The notes under the pieces were generated by a model. It did no database searches and was not told the origin of the DNA. It saw nothing but the letters and a program-made list of their open reading frames with translations. From Hyaloraphidium curvatum SAG 235-1 (taxonomy: Eukaryota; Fungi; Monoblepharomycota): a stretch of 64,000 nt of DNA. The stretch spans positions 124,001 through 188,000 of the forward strand of contig JAIVFI010000033.1 in the NCBI GenBank assembly GCA_025558095.1, written 5' to 3'. Below, piece after piece: positions 1-12,703 of this stretch. Numbering within the stretch: position 1 is the stretch's first letter; each line of letters starts with the position of its first letter. Made by a program: the position numbers and the translations under genes.

Positions 1-263
1 GTGCGGATCGTGATGCCGTCCAATCGGTAATCAGGGGACAGAAAGCTCCTGAGTTACATGTTTTCTGCTTCAGGCACATGATAAACTACATGAAGCATGG
101 TGACTACTTCATGAGATGGTGGTTCCAACGTAGCTATCGAGTCAGATATGGACGACACTGGGTGCGGATCGTGATGCCGTCCAATCGGTAATCAGGGGAC
201 AGAAAGCTCCTGAGTTACATGTTTTCTGCTTCAGGCACATGATAAACTACATGAAGCATGGTG
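1..263. repeat. Tandem repeat with 161-bp unit (about 1.6 copies visible; array may continue left of the window)
   Basis: nt 1-102 are identical to nt 162-263; lower GC than the flanking genes. Confidence 0.95.
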
Positions 264-467
264 TTGAAGTCCTAACGCTGCTCCAATGATATCTGTGGCG
301 CTTTGATACACCGCCTTCGCGAAACACCAAAGAGCCCCTACCACAGTCCTCTGAGTTTACACTGAAATCCTTCTGACGGTAACGTCAACGCTGAACGAGA
401 ACGTCGATGTTCGATTGGCACTGCCGCACTGGGAAACTAATGCCCCTCTTATTGCGGCCCCGGAAAC

Positions 468-1043
468 TCAGATGTTGCAACCGTAGACTATCCAGCCGTA
501 CTGCCCGGCAAGCGTGCAGGTAGTGCCAGGGAAGCACTTGCAGTCGCCCGATCCCGAGCCTTTCCAAGCCCAGCGTTCGGCGGCGTTCTTGGAGATGCAG
601 TAATCATAGCAGTCCGCGTTGCTTGCCATCCCAGCAGTTGTGTCGGTGGGGGTCTCCGTGCAAGTCTGGTAATAGCCCAGCTGGGTGCAGTCGCTCGCAA
701 AGTTGTACCGGCGATAAAGACTGCGTCCGCCGTCCCCGGCGTAGGTAATGCAGGCGACGGAGCCGGCGGGGGCCCCGGGGTACGCGAACTCGCTGCCGAA
801 CGAGGGAAGCCGGACCGCGGATCGCGGGGGCGGGGCGGCCCACGTGGAGGGAAGATTGAAGGTCAGGATCGCGTGTGCGGACGCGTGGACAACGGGGGTG
901 TACCAGTATTCGACGTCGCTGCAGTCCGCGCAGGAGCGCCTGAACAGTGCGGCGCCGGGGCCCGCGGCCGGCACTGCCACGGCGGGCGCGGAAAAAGCGG
1001 CGACGATGACCAGCATGAAGTAGACGATGGAGAGACGAGCCAT
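468..1043 (-). CDS. Secreted small cysteine-rich protein (C-terminal WSC/Apple-like Cys pattern)
   Basis: Signal peptide MARLSIVYFMLVIVAAFSAPAVA, dibasic RR site, and C-terminal CYDYC...CKC...C...WIVYGC. Confidence 0.7.
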   Translation of the reverse strand: MARLSIVYFMLVIVAAFSAPAVAVPAAGPGAALFRRSCADCSDVEYWYTPVVHASAHAILTFNLPSTWAAPPPRSAVRLPSFGSEFAYPGAPAGSVACITYAGDGGRSLYRRYNFASDCTQLGYYQTCTETPTDTTAGMASNADCYDYCISKNAAERWAWKGSGSGDCKCFPGTTCTLAGQYGWIVYGCNI

Positions 1044-1373
1044 TTTACGCGCGAAGGGGCGTGGGGGGATGGGGTCTGACGGCTGTATCCTTGCTGGTCC
1101 CAGGCTCCGAACCAGCCCCGAAGCCAAATGACTCCGGTCCTACGTCATGTCCCGCGAAATGCATGAAACCAGCAATACTGTGCTTGGAGAGTGTGATCGC
1201 GCCTAGCGATCCGCTTCCGTGAGCTTCTCGGCCTCTGCGAGCCATACCTACGCATCAATCTGCGAACTCGGAGCCACGACGAGAAACTAACAAGGCTCAC
1301 TCGCAACAGATGGGGACCGTTGGAAGCCAAAGTCACCTAGACAACAGATCATGCCACTGCCAACACCGATAAG

Positions 1374-3965
1374 CTACTTCGCAATGTCTATCCTGACGAA
1401 GACGCTGGCGAAGGTGGCGAAACCTGCATTTCGAGGAGGTCCTCGATCAGCACCAATTGTTGCGACGACGATTGGGTCACCAACCTCTCCAGTTGAACAG
1501 CGGGACCGCGCGGTACCCCTCGCGGATGTTTGACAGGTAGAGCATGGCGCTCCCGATCACCTTGTCCTTGACAAACGTCTCGTCATCTCTCACGACAAAC
1601 CTCAAGAAGGCCATCTCGGGGCGCTCGACCTGGAAGACGACCTCCTCGTTCCATATCGGATCCCAGCCATTGTCGCGCACCGTCTGCGGGCGAAAAGCGT
1701 GAGCAAGGGATGGATGGACGGAGCGGATCAGCGACGGCATGCCTTGGTCGAGTAGATGTGCAGCCGCGCGGCTTCTGCTGTTTCTGCCTTCTTTTCCTCC
1801 TCCTTCCGTGCCTCGTCGGAGAGGTTCTCGGGCAAATCCGACTTGACGCCGCGGAACTCCGAGCCGGAAGAAGAAATGATCTTGGCATTGAGCCCGAGCA
1901 TGTTGACCTCGACGTATGGATCCACCACCTCGCCAACCTTCTCTCCATACGGCTTCTGCAGCGCCGAAGCCGAGACAATCCGCACCCTGACGGTCCACGG
2001 CGTCGGCGGCGGCCTCTTTGCGACGTCTCCAGGTGCGGGTCGCAGGTACTCGGGTTTCAGCACGTATCCAGAGAAGCCGTTGCTTCCGAATAGCGCATCG
2101 CTGAGCTCGAGCGCGCGGTCAAACGTCTGCATGTTGAAGGCACACATCTGGAACCCCATCGCCCAGAACGGTGTCGGATCCATGTTCGAGCTGCCAACGC
2201 GGAGCCCCTCGGGGTAGACTCGGCACAGATGGCTGGCCGCGTAGGTCGCCCAACCCGACCAGTCCGTCTTTATGAGTCCCGTGCAGACGCTTTCGTCCCG
2301 CTCAAAGATCACATTGGTCGGAACCGCTAGTTAGTGGCCAGAGTCAGTCAAAACTTGCAAGATTGCCTCCAAAAGGAACCCACGCCTCGACTTGTCCAGC
2401 GTCGCAAACCTCCAGTCGTGCAGGAAAACGAGCTCGGCAAACTCCCTTGGCATGGGCCCTCCGTCGCGGGCAAACGTGGTGGGGGGGCCCTGGAACTGGG
2501 TTCCTGCTGGATGAAGCCCGTTCTCGCTTTTCTGATCCGCACGCCGGACTGCGCCACCATCCTTGATAATGTACTTGTTCTTCAGGCCTGCTGGGCTCGG
2601 CAGCACCGCTGGTGCCTCTGCAGGCGCGTATATGGCGTCACCGAGCTGTTCGCGCAGGAACTTGGCCATCTTGGTGAGCACGGCCGGCGAGACGTGCAGC
2701 TCGTGGTCGAGCACGATCGGATACGGCGATCCACGGAAACCATACGCCTTGATGGCCCGGATCACATCGTAGTAGCTCACGGCATCCGTCAAGGTGTGGC
2801 CGTGCGTGATGACGGGCTCGCCGTTCTTTTCCCAGGTGTCGAGCTCCACCACCCTGCTACCGAGTACAAGGTATCGCACAAAGGTCTCGATGCTGGCCCC
2901 GCCAGTGAGCTGGTTGGCGGTAAGGTACGTGTTGTGTGAGGTTGATATGAAGTAGTTGGAGAGCGGCTGCGTCATGTCCTGCCACACGTCGCTCCGGCGG
3001 TGGGCGTAAACCAGGCACTCCTCCGAGAACGACAGGAAGACCTTGAAGTTTTCCAAGTTCATGCCCTTTTCCGGCTCGGGAACGAACTTGGCAAACAGCT
3101 TTTTCAGCCCGTCGTCGTCCAGCTTGCTCTTTTGCACCTCCCGCATGAACGTCTTCCAGGCATCAAATGTCACGACGCTCTCGTCCCCGGGTCCTTTGGA
3201 GCAGATGAGGTCGAAGACGGCCTTGACATCGTCGCGTCTCCGAAGGTACTTGAACAGCGCAACGAAGCCTTGGAAGTTGATCTTTTCCCCGTCCGGGCTC
3301 CTGTTCTCCGGCTTGGCCTTGGCAATAAGCGCCCGAACCTTTCGCCTACCGACGTCGGCAACATTGAAGCGATTCATGATGTCCACGATCTCCCCAGCAG
3401 AGAGGAACCCATCCGCGTCCTTGTCCGCGACCTTCCACACCCGCTGGACGAACACTTCGATGAGGTCCGTGACCGAGCCGTCCCGCGGCGTAAGGCGCAG
3501 AGCCTGCAGGCCGTCAAGGTAGGCGTCCACGATCGCGGGGCTCGGGGCAATCAGGTTCACGTTCTCGTTCTGGGCGTTGCGCACGTAGAACACGGTGAAG
3601 CAGGATTCGTGCTCCCCGGGCCGCAGGCTCTTGGCGTGCTTCTTGAACACCTCGGACATCGGGCCCTTCCGGATCTCCTGGATTGATTCGACGCGGAGCT
3701 CTTTCCAGCCTCGTCCGTCGGCCTCGACGTCGCTCCTCCGCTTCGTCTCGACAAGAAGTGCCATGCGGACCATATCGAACTGGATCATTCGCTGCAGGCG
3801 GTCCCCGTCCGATGAGATCTTGACCATTTGCTTCGCATCGCAAGGAGGAAGTGGGATTGAAGCGGCGGCGCCGGAGGAGGAAGGAGCGTCGCCGGCAACG
3901 AGCGTGACGGGCGCGGCCGGCGCGGGGGCGGCCGGCGCGGGGGAGGAAGAGGTAGGTTCCGCCAT
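1374..3965 (-). CDS. PLC1: Phosphoinositide-specific phospholipase C, delta-like (PH-EF-X-Y-C2), spliced
   Basis: X-box STSHNTYL/ELDTW/HGHTLT, Y-box RVYP..RVGSSN.DP..FW..G.QM.AFN.QT, C2 DPYVEV/NGWDPIWNE/GYRAVPL; last exon reads FATFASVFVRIDIAK*. Confidence 0.93.
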
Positions 3966-4167
3966 TGTTCTCTTTGAACGGTAAGCACGTCCGGCTGGGA
4001 TTCGACGATCTGCGCGAAGGTCCGTGTGGGCGGCACAGGGTCTGGGACCCCTGCCGATCCCTCATCGCGCCTGGATGGCTAGCTCCTCATTACACACAGC
4101 GATCACTCAACTTTACCATGGAACAGGTGTGAGCAAGCATTCATTCAAAGCATCACTATAAAGTCAA

Positions 4168-5732
4168 TCACTGTCCAACCCGTCTCCTTCTGGTCGTCAC
4201 CGCCCTCCGAGTGGTAGTCTTTCTCCGCGTCGTGGTCTTCCGCCTCGTGGTCGTTTTGCGCCTCGTCGTGGTGCGCGGAACCGTACGCGGCGGCCTGCTC
4301 GTGCTCTCCACCGCCGTTCTGGGTTTCCCATCCGTGATGTACACCCCGTCGTTGGGCAGCGACGGCTGCGGCCCCAGCGACGCTCCCGCGGGGGAGGCCA
4401 AGTAATCCGCCAGCCCTCTGACGACCGCGAGCCCGTCCTCCCCGGTGGGCCTGATCCACACCGCGGGGAGGTCGAAGTTGTTCGTGCCCTGGTCGCGGAG
4501 CTCCACGGTGAAGGTCACCATTCCCGCCGCCGAGCCCCAGTCGTCCAGGCATCCCGAGGTGGGATAGAGGTCGATGCCGCGCCCCGAGTAGTAGTACTGG
4601 TTGGTGGATTCGCGTACGCGGCGGGCCATGAAAGAGCCGAGCGCGGATAGCGCAGCATCGTTGGGCGAGGTGAAGGGCGAGATGAAGCCCCAGTTCTGAG
4701 GAAGGATGTCAGAATGCAAGTCGCAGCGGCAGTACAGGGAAAACGAACCCTCAGGATGAGCTGGCCAAAGCTGTGGAAGTCGATGAGGGCGTAGCGGCGG
4801 GGCAGGGCCATGATGGCGTCGTAGATGGCCGCGGATTCGGGCTCAGACAGCGGAGCCGTACCCCGGTACGTTTCCGAGTTGATATCCGACGACGAGCCGT
4901 ATTCGTATCCCCAAAAGTACGGCCAGTTGCGGTTCAGGTCCACCCCGCGCCCATTGGCCCCCCGGTTCTTGCGCCAGAACCTGTCGACCACGTGGCTATA
5001 CTCGTAGCCGTCCGGGTTCGCGAGCGGCGTGAAGAACCACTCGAAATTGTCCAGCGCCTCCGGCGAGGCGGAGTAGTTTCCGATGAGGGAGGACACGACG
5101 TAGAGTACCGTCGACAGCGCGACCCACTCCCGAGCATGTAGCAAGCCGTTGATCCATATCTGCTTCTTCTCGCCGACAACGCCATTGCCGGTGAGCCGGA
5201 AGACGTAGATATCGCGGCCCATGGTCGATTTGCCGATGCTGTACAGGGATCCCGAGACGCCGGCAGGCAGCGAGCTGGCGAGGTTCCGCAGATAGCTGAC
5301 CACTTCCGCGTACCGCCGATAAGTATCAAAGAACCCCGCATCTCCGGCGAGGTCATTGGCGGACAAGGCCCGGGTTGCGGCGTTCGAGGTCGAGTCCGAA
5401 CCGGCAGAGTTCCCGCCGTCGGTGGCGTAGACATTTTGCTGGACCACCTCGCAGGGCGAATCCGAGATTGCGTCCGCTTCCGCCTTGTGCTCCGGCCTGA
5501 TACGGACGATCACGGATCGGCCGCCGTCCGTCGCGCCGAGGGTGTCGAAGCGCAGGCGCTCCGCGAGGGCCAGCCAGGCGCCCCGGTTGTGCGGCACGGC
5601 GCACCGCACGGCCATCGTGCGCGGGTCCGGTGGGCGCGCAACCGGCGCAGCATGGGAAAGGTGTGGGAGAAGGGCGAGGGCCGCGGCGAGGAGGGCCGCG
5701 AGGAGGGTCACCGCGAGGAAGGCGGGCCGCAT
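4168..5732 (-). CDS. Secreted M14 zinc carboxypeptidase with prodomain and basic Thr/Arg/Lys tail
   Basis: Signal peptide, HAREW, NPDGY, WRKNR, GVDLNRNW, DFHSF, ELRD; one intron near 4695-4750. Confidence 0.92.
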
Positions 5733-6398
5733 GGGGGACCGCCGACCGAAAGAGGCCGCCGCGGGCCCCGCGGGCTGCGGCGGCGGGCCCCGGAGAGGCC
5801 ATTGTGTCCTATTTCGCCGCATCGTCTGTTCGGCCAGGATTCTGCCTGGCGCGGAGGGGGAGGGGGAAGCGAGGGATGGGATGACTGCGTGCTTGCGGCA
5901 GCATCGTCAGCCCGCGCCCCGTGCGGCATCAGCATCAAAACCACGGGCTTCACTTGGGACGCCAGGCCGGCCCGAAGATTCCCTTTCGAGCGTGGTAAAA
6001 CCGATGCCATGTTGAAGATATGTCATCGGGCGGCAGGGCCGAAGCAAATTGGGCCTTGGTTCACTTGTGAGGGACCGCGGTGGCCAATGGCCTATGGTGA
6101 AGTCGGTCCCCTGTCCACCCCTGTGGCAACTCGCAGACGCGGCTCTCTCTTCGTTTGTGGTGGGTACGTGGCTGAGAACGGCCCGGTAAACGCCGGGAAT
6201 GGATGATGCGCGATAACCATGGCGGTGCAGACTCCCCGCGGCTTTCCGGACCTCCACGCGACGCGACCGCACAGTCCGAATACGAAAAACCGCGCATCCA
6301 TTCCGTCCCGAACGCGCATCCATTCTGTCCCGAACGGCATCCGTGCTCCAGCGCCTCCGAGTCCGCGACCGTGCCCCAGCCCCTCCCCTTCCCGGCAA

Positions 6399-7699
6399 TC
6401 ACCCCGGCAGCCCCGCCCTGCAGTACGGACACCTGCGCCCGCGTTAGTCCCGCGGCGGACGGCGACGAAGGAACGCAGGACGCACTCGCTCCGTTCCTCG
6501 AGGTGCCTGCCGATGCACGCCCCGTGGAACCTGTGCCCGCACGGCAGCTTCCCCCGGAGGGCACGGCAACGTCAGCACGTCCTCCCAGAAAGCGGACGGG
6601 ACAGCGAACCTCCTTGACCCTCGTCCCGCCAGGCATCTCGTCGAGGCAGATGGGGCAGACGTGGCCCGCGGCGGACGCCGCGCGGCCGCCGGCGTCCGCG
6701 GGGGGCGACGGCGCGCGCGGGTCGACGACCACGGAGCGCACGCGGCGCATCTGCGCGGGGGTGGCGCCGGAGAAGTTGGCGGGGAGGGAGAGGAGGAAGC
6801 CTGGCGGACGGCGCGATCAGCACGTATCGCGTGCGGGGGTGCGAAGCAAGGGGTACCGGAGAGGCACGGGAGGATGTAGACGAGGATCGCGGGTGCGATG
6901 AAGATGGAGAGCTCGAGGAGGGTGAGCACGTTGGTCGTCGCGAGGAGGGGTGAGGTTGTGGGCGTCCTCTGTGGGTTCCACGCAGCGTGCTTTCGGTGAG
7001 CGACCGGGGCGCTCGCGCGGCAAGGTGGGAACCCACGCATGAGGGGTCCACGTACATGACCAGCCCCAGGCCGACCATCACGTCGACGATCTGCGCGAAA
7101 GTAATGATGACCGTGGCAACCCATGCTCCCTTCATCCGTTCCAATTTCCGGTGGACCCTGTACGTGATCCTCCCCACTTCCCTGGGCATCACGACCGCCA
7201 GCAGAACGCAAAACAGTATCTGCAGCCCCCTCAGCGCGGCCTGGACCCCCGAGAACGCAAACAGGCTCGGCGAACACACGGGCCTCGGTTCGCCGACCAT
7301 CGCGACCACCAGCGGTGCCAGCAACGCGGCATTGCCCGCTGCCTGCAGCACGGCCCACAGCCGCCACGCGGTCCACGCCCAGGGGGGCGGGAGGTCGGAA
7401 AAGTCCTCGTGCACGGGGCGGGACGCGTCGTCGGGGAGGGGGGAGAGGGGGTAGCCGTCGGGGTCGGGGTCCGCGTCAATGTCCGTTTCCGTGTCCAGGG
7501 TGACGGTGATCTCGGCGTCCGCGGGGGCCGGCGGGTCGGGCTCGCCGGCCGGGTCGTCGGGCGCGGGGCCGTTCGGGAGCGCGTCGGGCGAGTCCTCCAC
7601 GGGCGGCCAGCCGTCCGCCAGCGGGTGCTCGCTCGCGTCGTCGCGCGGGGGCATCGCCGCGGCCGCGGGGGCGGGCGCGGGTTCCGTGGGCGAAGTCAT
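6399..7699 (-). CDS. Multi-pass membrane RING-H2 E3 ubiquitin ligase, spliced
   Basis: About 4 TM helices, then CPICLDEM...(intron)LPCGHRFHGACI...(intron)CPYCR. Confidence 0.82.
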
Positions 7700-7840
7700 T
7701 GCGTTGCGTGGGGGACGGAGCGGCGGGGGCGTTGAGTGGGTAGCGCCATCCCCACACCCCGCGCGGGCAACCCCGGGCTGCGGGAAGAAATGCGCGATGA
7801 AATGCAGGCGGGCAGATGCGTGGAGACGGATGGACGGCGC

Positions 7841-7862
7841 GGGGGGGGGGGGGGGGGGGGGG
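7841..7862. repeat. G22 homopolymer in the divergent RING/PP2C intergenic region
   Basis: 22 consecutive G. Confidence 0.9.
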
Positions 7863-8113
7863 TGAGGCGGGGAGGCGTCGGCGCGCGGCAGGCCGGGGCA
7901 GGAAACCCGCCCAGCCCGGCACTCTGTATCATCAGATGTTGGCTGTATCATCGGAAGCTGGCCGCGATCGATCGGCCGCGATCGGCCGCCGGCCTTGATG
8001 GGTGTCGGGGCAGGCGGTGGAATCGCGTGGCGGAGCGCGGCGTCGCTGACGGGGCAGCCCCATCCCATCCCCCTCCCGGTGGCCCCGATGCCGCATCCCC
8101 CTCCCCGGCCGCG

Positions 8114-11100
8114 ATGAGCAGCGGTGCCGCCAAGACGGGCGGCGGCGGCAAGAAGGGGCCGGCGGGGGCGGCGGGCGGCGGGGGCGCGGCGGGCGCGGGT
8201 GCGGCGCCGCCCGGCTGGGGCACGCGGTCGTTCGGCGGGCTGCTGGGCAACGCGAGCATGAACGCGGCGTCGCTGCTCGCCACGCTGGGCGTGTCGCGGC
8301 AGCCGGCGGGGGCGGCGGCGGGGGGCCCCGGGCCCGGCCCCGCCGCGCGCAAGATGGCGACGACCGGCGGCGATTCCCGCCTCGCCTTCGCCGTGTGCGC
8401 CACGCAGGGCTGGCGCAAGGCCATGGAGGACTACGCGACCGCCACGCTGAACCTGCCGCTGCCGCCGCCGCTGGCCGCGGATCCCGCGCGCCGCGTCGAC
8501 TACTTCGCCGTCTTCGACGGCCACGGCGGCGCACACGTCGCCCGCTTCGCATCGCGCTTCCTGCACAAGCACATCGTCGGCCACGACGCCTTCGCCGCAG
8601 GCGACGTCACTAACGCCATCCGCTGGGGCTTCTTCAACACGGACAACGCCGCGCGGCTGGACGACCTCGCCGGCTCCGAGACGTGCGGCTCGACCGCCTG
8701 CGTCGCCCTCGTGACCGCAGACGCGCGGCTGTGGGTCGGCAATGCAGGCGACTGCCGCGCCGTGCTGGCAACGCGGGGCCGCCCCGCGCGCGCGCTGTCG
8801 AGGGACCACAAGCCGGACGTGCCGCAGGAGTCGGCCCGCATCCGCCGCGCGGGCGGCGACGTGTTCGAGAACCGCGTCATGGGCGAGCTGGCCGTGTCGC
8901 GGTCGCTGGGGGACTTTCGCTTCAAGAAGAACCCCAAGCTGGGCCTGGACGAGCAGCTCGTGTCCTCGGAACCCGAGGTGACGGTGACTCAGCTGTCGGC
9001 GGACGACGAGTTCCTCTTCCTCGCCTGCGACGGCATCTGGGACGTGGTCGGCAACCAGGAGGTCGTCGATTTCGTGCGGCAGCGGCTGTCGGCGGGCCTC
9101 GGCGCGGGCGAGATCTGCGAGCAGCTCGTGGAGCGCTGCCTGCCCGCCGCACCGACCGAGGACGCCCGGGGCATGGACAACATGACGGTGGGTTGTCGGC
9201 TGCGACGCTCCGTCCCTTTTCTCGCCGCCTCACACATCGTTGCCCCTTTTTGGCGTTCAGGTCGTCCTGGTCCTCTTCAAATCCTCCCACCTCTTTCCCG
9301 GCTACCTCACCAAGGCCCTCGACCGCTCCTCCTCCCTCGACCCCGACAAATCCCACGCCGTCTACAACGGCATCCTCCCCTCCCGCACCTCCCCCGTGCT
9401 CACCCCCGCGCTGGGCAACGCCACGGCCCCGAACCCCTCCTCCCTCAACCGCCCCTCGGCGGCCGCCACCTACCCCTCGGGCCTCCCCCCACCCTCCGCC
9501 CCCACCGGCGCCTCCATCGCCCGCTCCCCCTCGGAAAAGCTCGCCGAACCGCGCACCGCCCCCGTCCCCAACGGCGTCCCCGACCCCGCGCACGTGCACC
9601 GCACGCGGGACCAGAAGCGCCTCATGGCCATCTCGCTCCCCGCCGGCCTCGCGGCCGTGCCGACCGTCCCCGCGGACGAGGAGGACGAGGGATGGGCGCC
9701 CGCGCCCATGCCCGGCGGGGGCGTGGACATGAACATGACGCTCGTGTCGCCGCCGCCGTTCCTCCAGCAGGGCAGCCCGGCGTCGTTCGGGTACGATCCG
9801 CGCGGGTACGACATGGGGATGACCCTCGTCACGCCCGGGATACTGCCGGGGATGGTCGCACGCCCGATGGACGAGGAGGAGGGGTACGACGTTTCCTCGG
9901 CGCAGCAGGCGGGGTACGATGCCAGCGTGGCGATGCCGGTGCCCGTGCGGGGCGCGTCGCCGGGGTACGATTTCGCGGGCCTGGCGAGGCCGGCGTTTGC
10001 GGTGGAGCAGGCGGAGGAGGCGCCCTCGCCGCAGCCGGCGCCGGTGCAGGCGGCCATCCTGCCGCGATCGAGCAGCCTCGGGCTCGCGCTGGGCAGCAGC
10101 GCGGCGCAGGGGGTGCAGGTGCAGCGCAGCCCGTCGTTCGGTGCGGCACCCGGCACGCCGATGACGCCCGGGTCGGATCTGGCGAGGGCGGCGGCGATCG
10201 CGGCGGCGGCGGCGGCGGTGCAGGGGGACGCCAACGCCGGGGTGCCGCAGCGGTCGCCCGCGGCGAATGCGCAGGGGGTGCAGCGCAGCCCGTCGTTCGG
10301 CGCCGCGGGGGAGCGCGGGGGGTCGCCCTCCCCGAGGGCGTCGCCGGCGGCGCATGCCTACGGGACCTACGTGCCGTCGCCGCTCTCCGCGCCGTACCTG
10401 ACCGCGTCCCCCGCGGAACCGGACGGCGCCCCCCTTCCGGCGGGCATCCAGGGGCGCAAGAACTCGGCCGACCTGATGGCGGCGCTGCTGGCGCCCTCGC
10501 CGGCGGCGCTGCGGACGCGCGGCGGGCTGCCCTCGCAGAGCCTCCCCGCGGACGGCTCGCGGTCCGCGGACTTCAGCATCGGGTCGAGCGTCGCGTCGGC
10601 GCCCTCGGAGGACCTGGGCGTGCCGGTGGCGCTCACCGTCTCGGAGGGCATGCCGCTCCCCTCGGGCCGCGCCCCGCTCGCATTGGGCGAGCTCCCGCCC
10701 CGCGCCGTCTCCGCGACCCTCGCCTCCCATCCCTCCCCCGCCTCCGGCTCCCCCTCCACCCCCGGCCGCGTCTTCTCGGGGCGCGAGCACGTCGCCGGCC
10801 TCCTCCAGAACCTCAGCCTGTCTTCCCTCCCCGCCGCCGTGGGCGCGCAGCAGCGCAGCGATTCCGCCGCGTACGGTTCCCCCGGCGCCGGCATGCTCCC
10901 CGTGGACGCCGGGAGCAGCAGGTCGGGCGACTCGTTCCTGCAGCCCAACCGCTCCGCGACCCCGCAGACGGGATCCAACCCTTCCCTCACACCCGGTGCG
11001 CTGCTGACCCCCGGCGCCCCGGCGACCACCCCGGGAGGCTCGCTGGCGCCCATGACGGCGCAGGCGGCCAGCCTGAGCCGGCTGTTCAACGTGATGGCCA

Positions 11101-11219
11101 AGGCCTCCGTGGGCTCGGCGTCGCCGTCGAGCCAGGGGCCCGGGGGGGAGGTGGACTACTTCACGTACCAGCCGCACAAGAAGGGCGGGCAGGGCGCGGG
11201 CCAGGGGCAGGGGCAGTGA
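8114..11219 (+). CDS. PP2C protein phosphatase (Ptc2/3-like) with ~650-aa low-complexity C-terminal tail
   Basis: QGWRKAMED, FDGHGG, GSTA, NAGDCRAV, DHKP, LAVSRSLGD, ACDGIWD, DNMT; intron 9188-9260. Confidence 0.92.
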
Positions 11220-11416
11220 GGCGGTGGTGGGACAGGGGCCCGGGAGGCCCGGAAGGAAGGCGGGGCGGGATGTAGGGATGTATCTACGGTTAATTTTGAC
11301 GGAAGCGGGATTCGATGTGGGCTCCGGCGGTGATCGGACGGAAGACGGTTCGCGATCGGCGGCGGCGGCACCGCGGCCACCGATCCTGCCTCGCTCCACG
11401 GACCGCGCGAGCCGCG

Positions 11417-12639
11417 ATGCCGCCCCGCCCTCCTCCTCCCGCGTTCCTCCGCGCCTTCAGCCTCCTCGCCGGCCCCGCGCTCCCCCGCGCGCGGCCGTCG
11501 TGCCCGCGCCCCGCCTTCCGCTTCTTCTCCTCCGACGCGCCGCCTCCCGCTCCCGCGCCGCCGCGCGTCACCGTTTCCCACGCCCCGGATGGCATCACGA
11601 CCATCGCGATGGCAGCCAAGCCGGTCAACGCGCTGTCGGCGCAGGTCATGGCCGAGCTGCGGGACGCGTTCGCCAAGCTCAAGTACCCCGAGGACGGCGG
11701 GGCGCCGGGGGAGGGGACGACGCGCGGGATCGTGTTGACGAGCGCGTTGGGGCCCAAAGGTGCGCGGTTTGCGGCGGGAGGGGGCGGGATGGGGCGGGGC
11801 TGACGACCGGACGCGGGTGTCTCCCGCGGACGATCCAGTGTTCTCGGCGGGGCTCGACCTGCCCTTCCTCATGGGCCTGCAGAACAACGCGGCGGACAAG
11901 GCGAAGCTGGGGGAGTACCTGGGCCTGCTGAAGGAGCTGGTGCTGGCGATAAGGACGGCGCCGGTGCCGACGGTGGCGGCGGTGAACGGCGTGGCGCCGG
12001 CGGGGGGGACGATGCTGATGCTGCTGTGGGTTTCCCGCGGGCTTGAGCTTCGGAATCGTGGGGTCGAGCCTGATTTCTGGCGTTCTATCGCTCTTTCGCC
12101 CTTCCGCGCCGCCTTTTCTCCCAGATGTGACTATCGCATAGCTGTCGACGACGACAAGATCACCATCGGTCTTTCGGAGGTCTCTGTCGGTATCACCGTG
12201 CCGGCCTTCCTCGCCCAGCTCGCTGAAGGTTCGTCGTGCTTGCTTTCTCGTCTTCTCCGATCATCTGGCTCTTCGTACCCTGACTTCCGGTCCGCCGACC
12301 CCTTTTCCAGAAACCATGGGCCCCCACCGCACCGACCGCCACCTCCAGCTCGGCCGCCTCCTCACCCCCAACGCCGCCCTGCTGCACTCCCTCGTCGACG
12401 AGACCTGCCCGGACCACGACTCGCTGCAGGACCTCGCGCGGCAGCGCTGCCTCGAGTACCTCGCGGTGCCGCACCGCCCGCGCGCGCTGACCAAGCGGCG
12501 GAGCACGGACATGTTCGTGGCGGCGGTGGAGGACGGGCACGAGGACTTTGTCGAGGGGCTGTGGGAGGACGTGACGAGGGAGGGGGAGGGGAGCTTCAGG
12601 GACATCGTCGGGAAGATGATGTCGAGGGGAAAAAAGTAG
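11417..12639 (+). CDS. ECI1: Mitochondrial enoyl-CoA delta isomerase (crotonase fold), spliced
   Basis: Presequence-like N-terminus, KPVNALS, FSAGLDL, VNGVAPAGG, CDYRI, IGLSE; three introns. Confidence 0.8.
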
Positions 12640-12703
12640 CCGGGTCGGCGGGCTCTTGGTGCGTGTATCCGCCATTAGACCGGCCGTCGCCGTCGGATTT
12701 GTG

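Noticed and set aside
1-263. CRISPR array or 5S/sn/tRNA gene
   Set aside because: One long unit repeated with no unique spacers, no cas genes, and no recognisable RNA gene motifs
7736-11399. 1179-aa ORF and long antisense ORFs as real proteins
   Set aside because: Read-through of the PP2C intron into a shadow frame; high GC suppresses stops, and the R/G/P/A-rich translations are not protein-like
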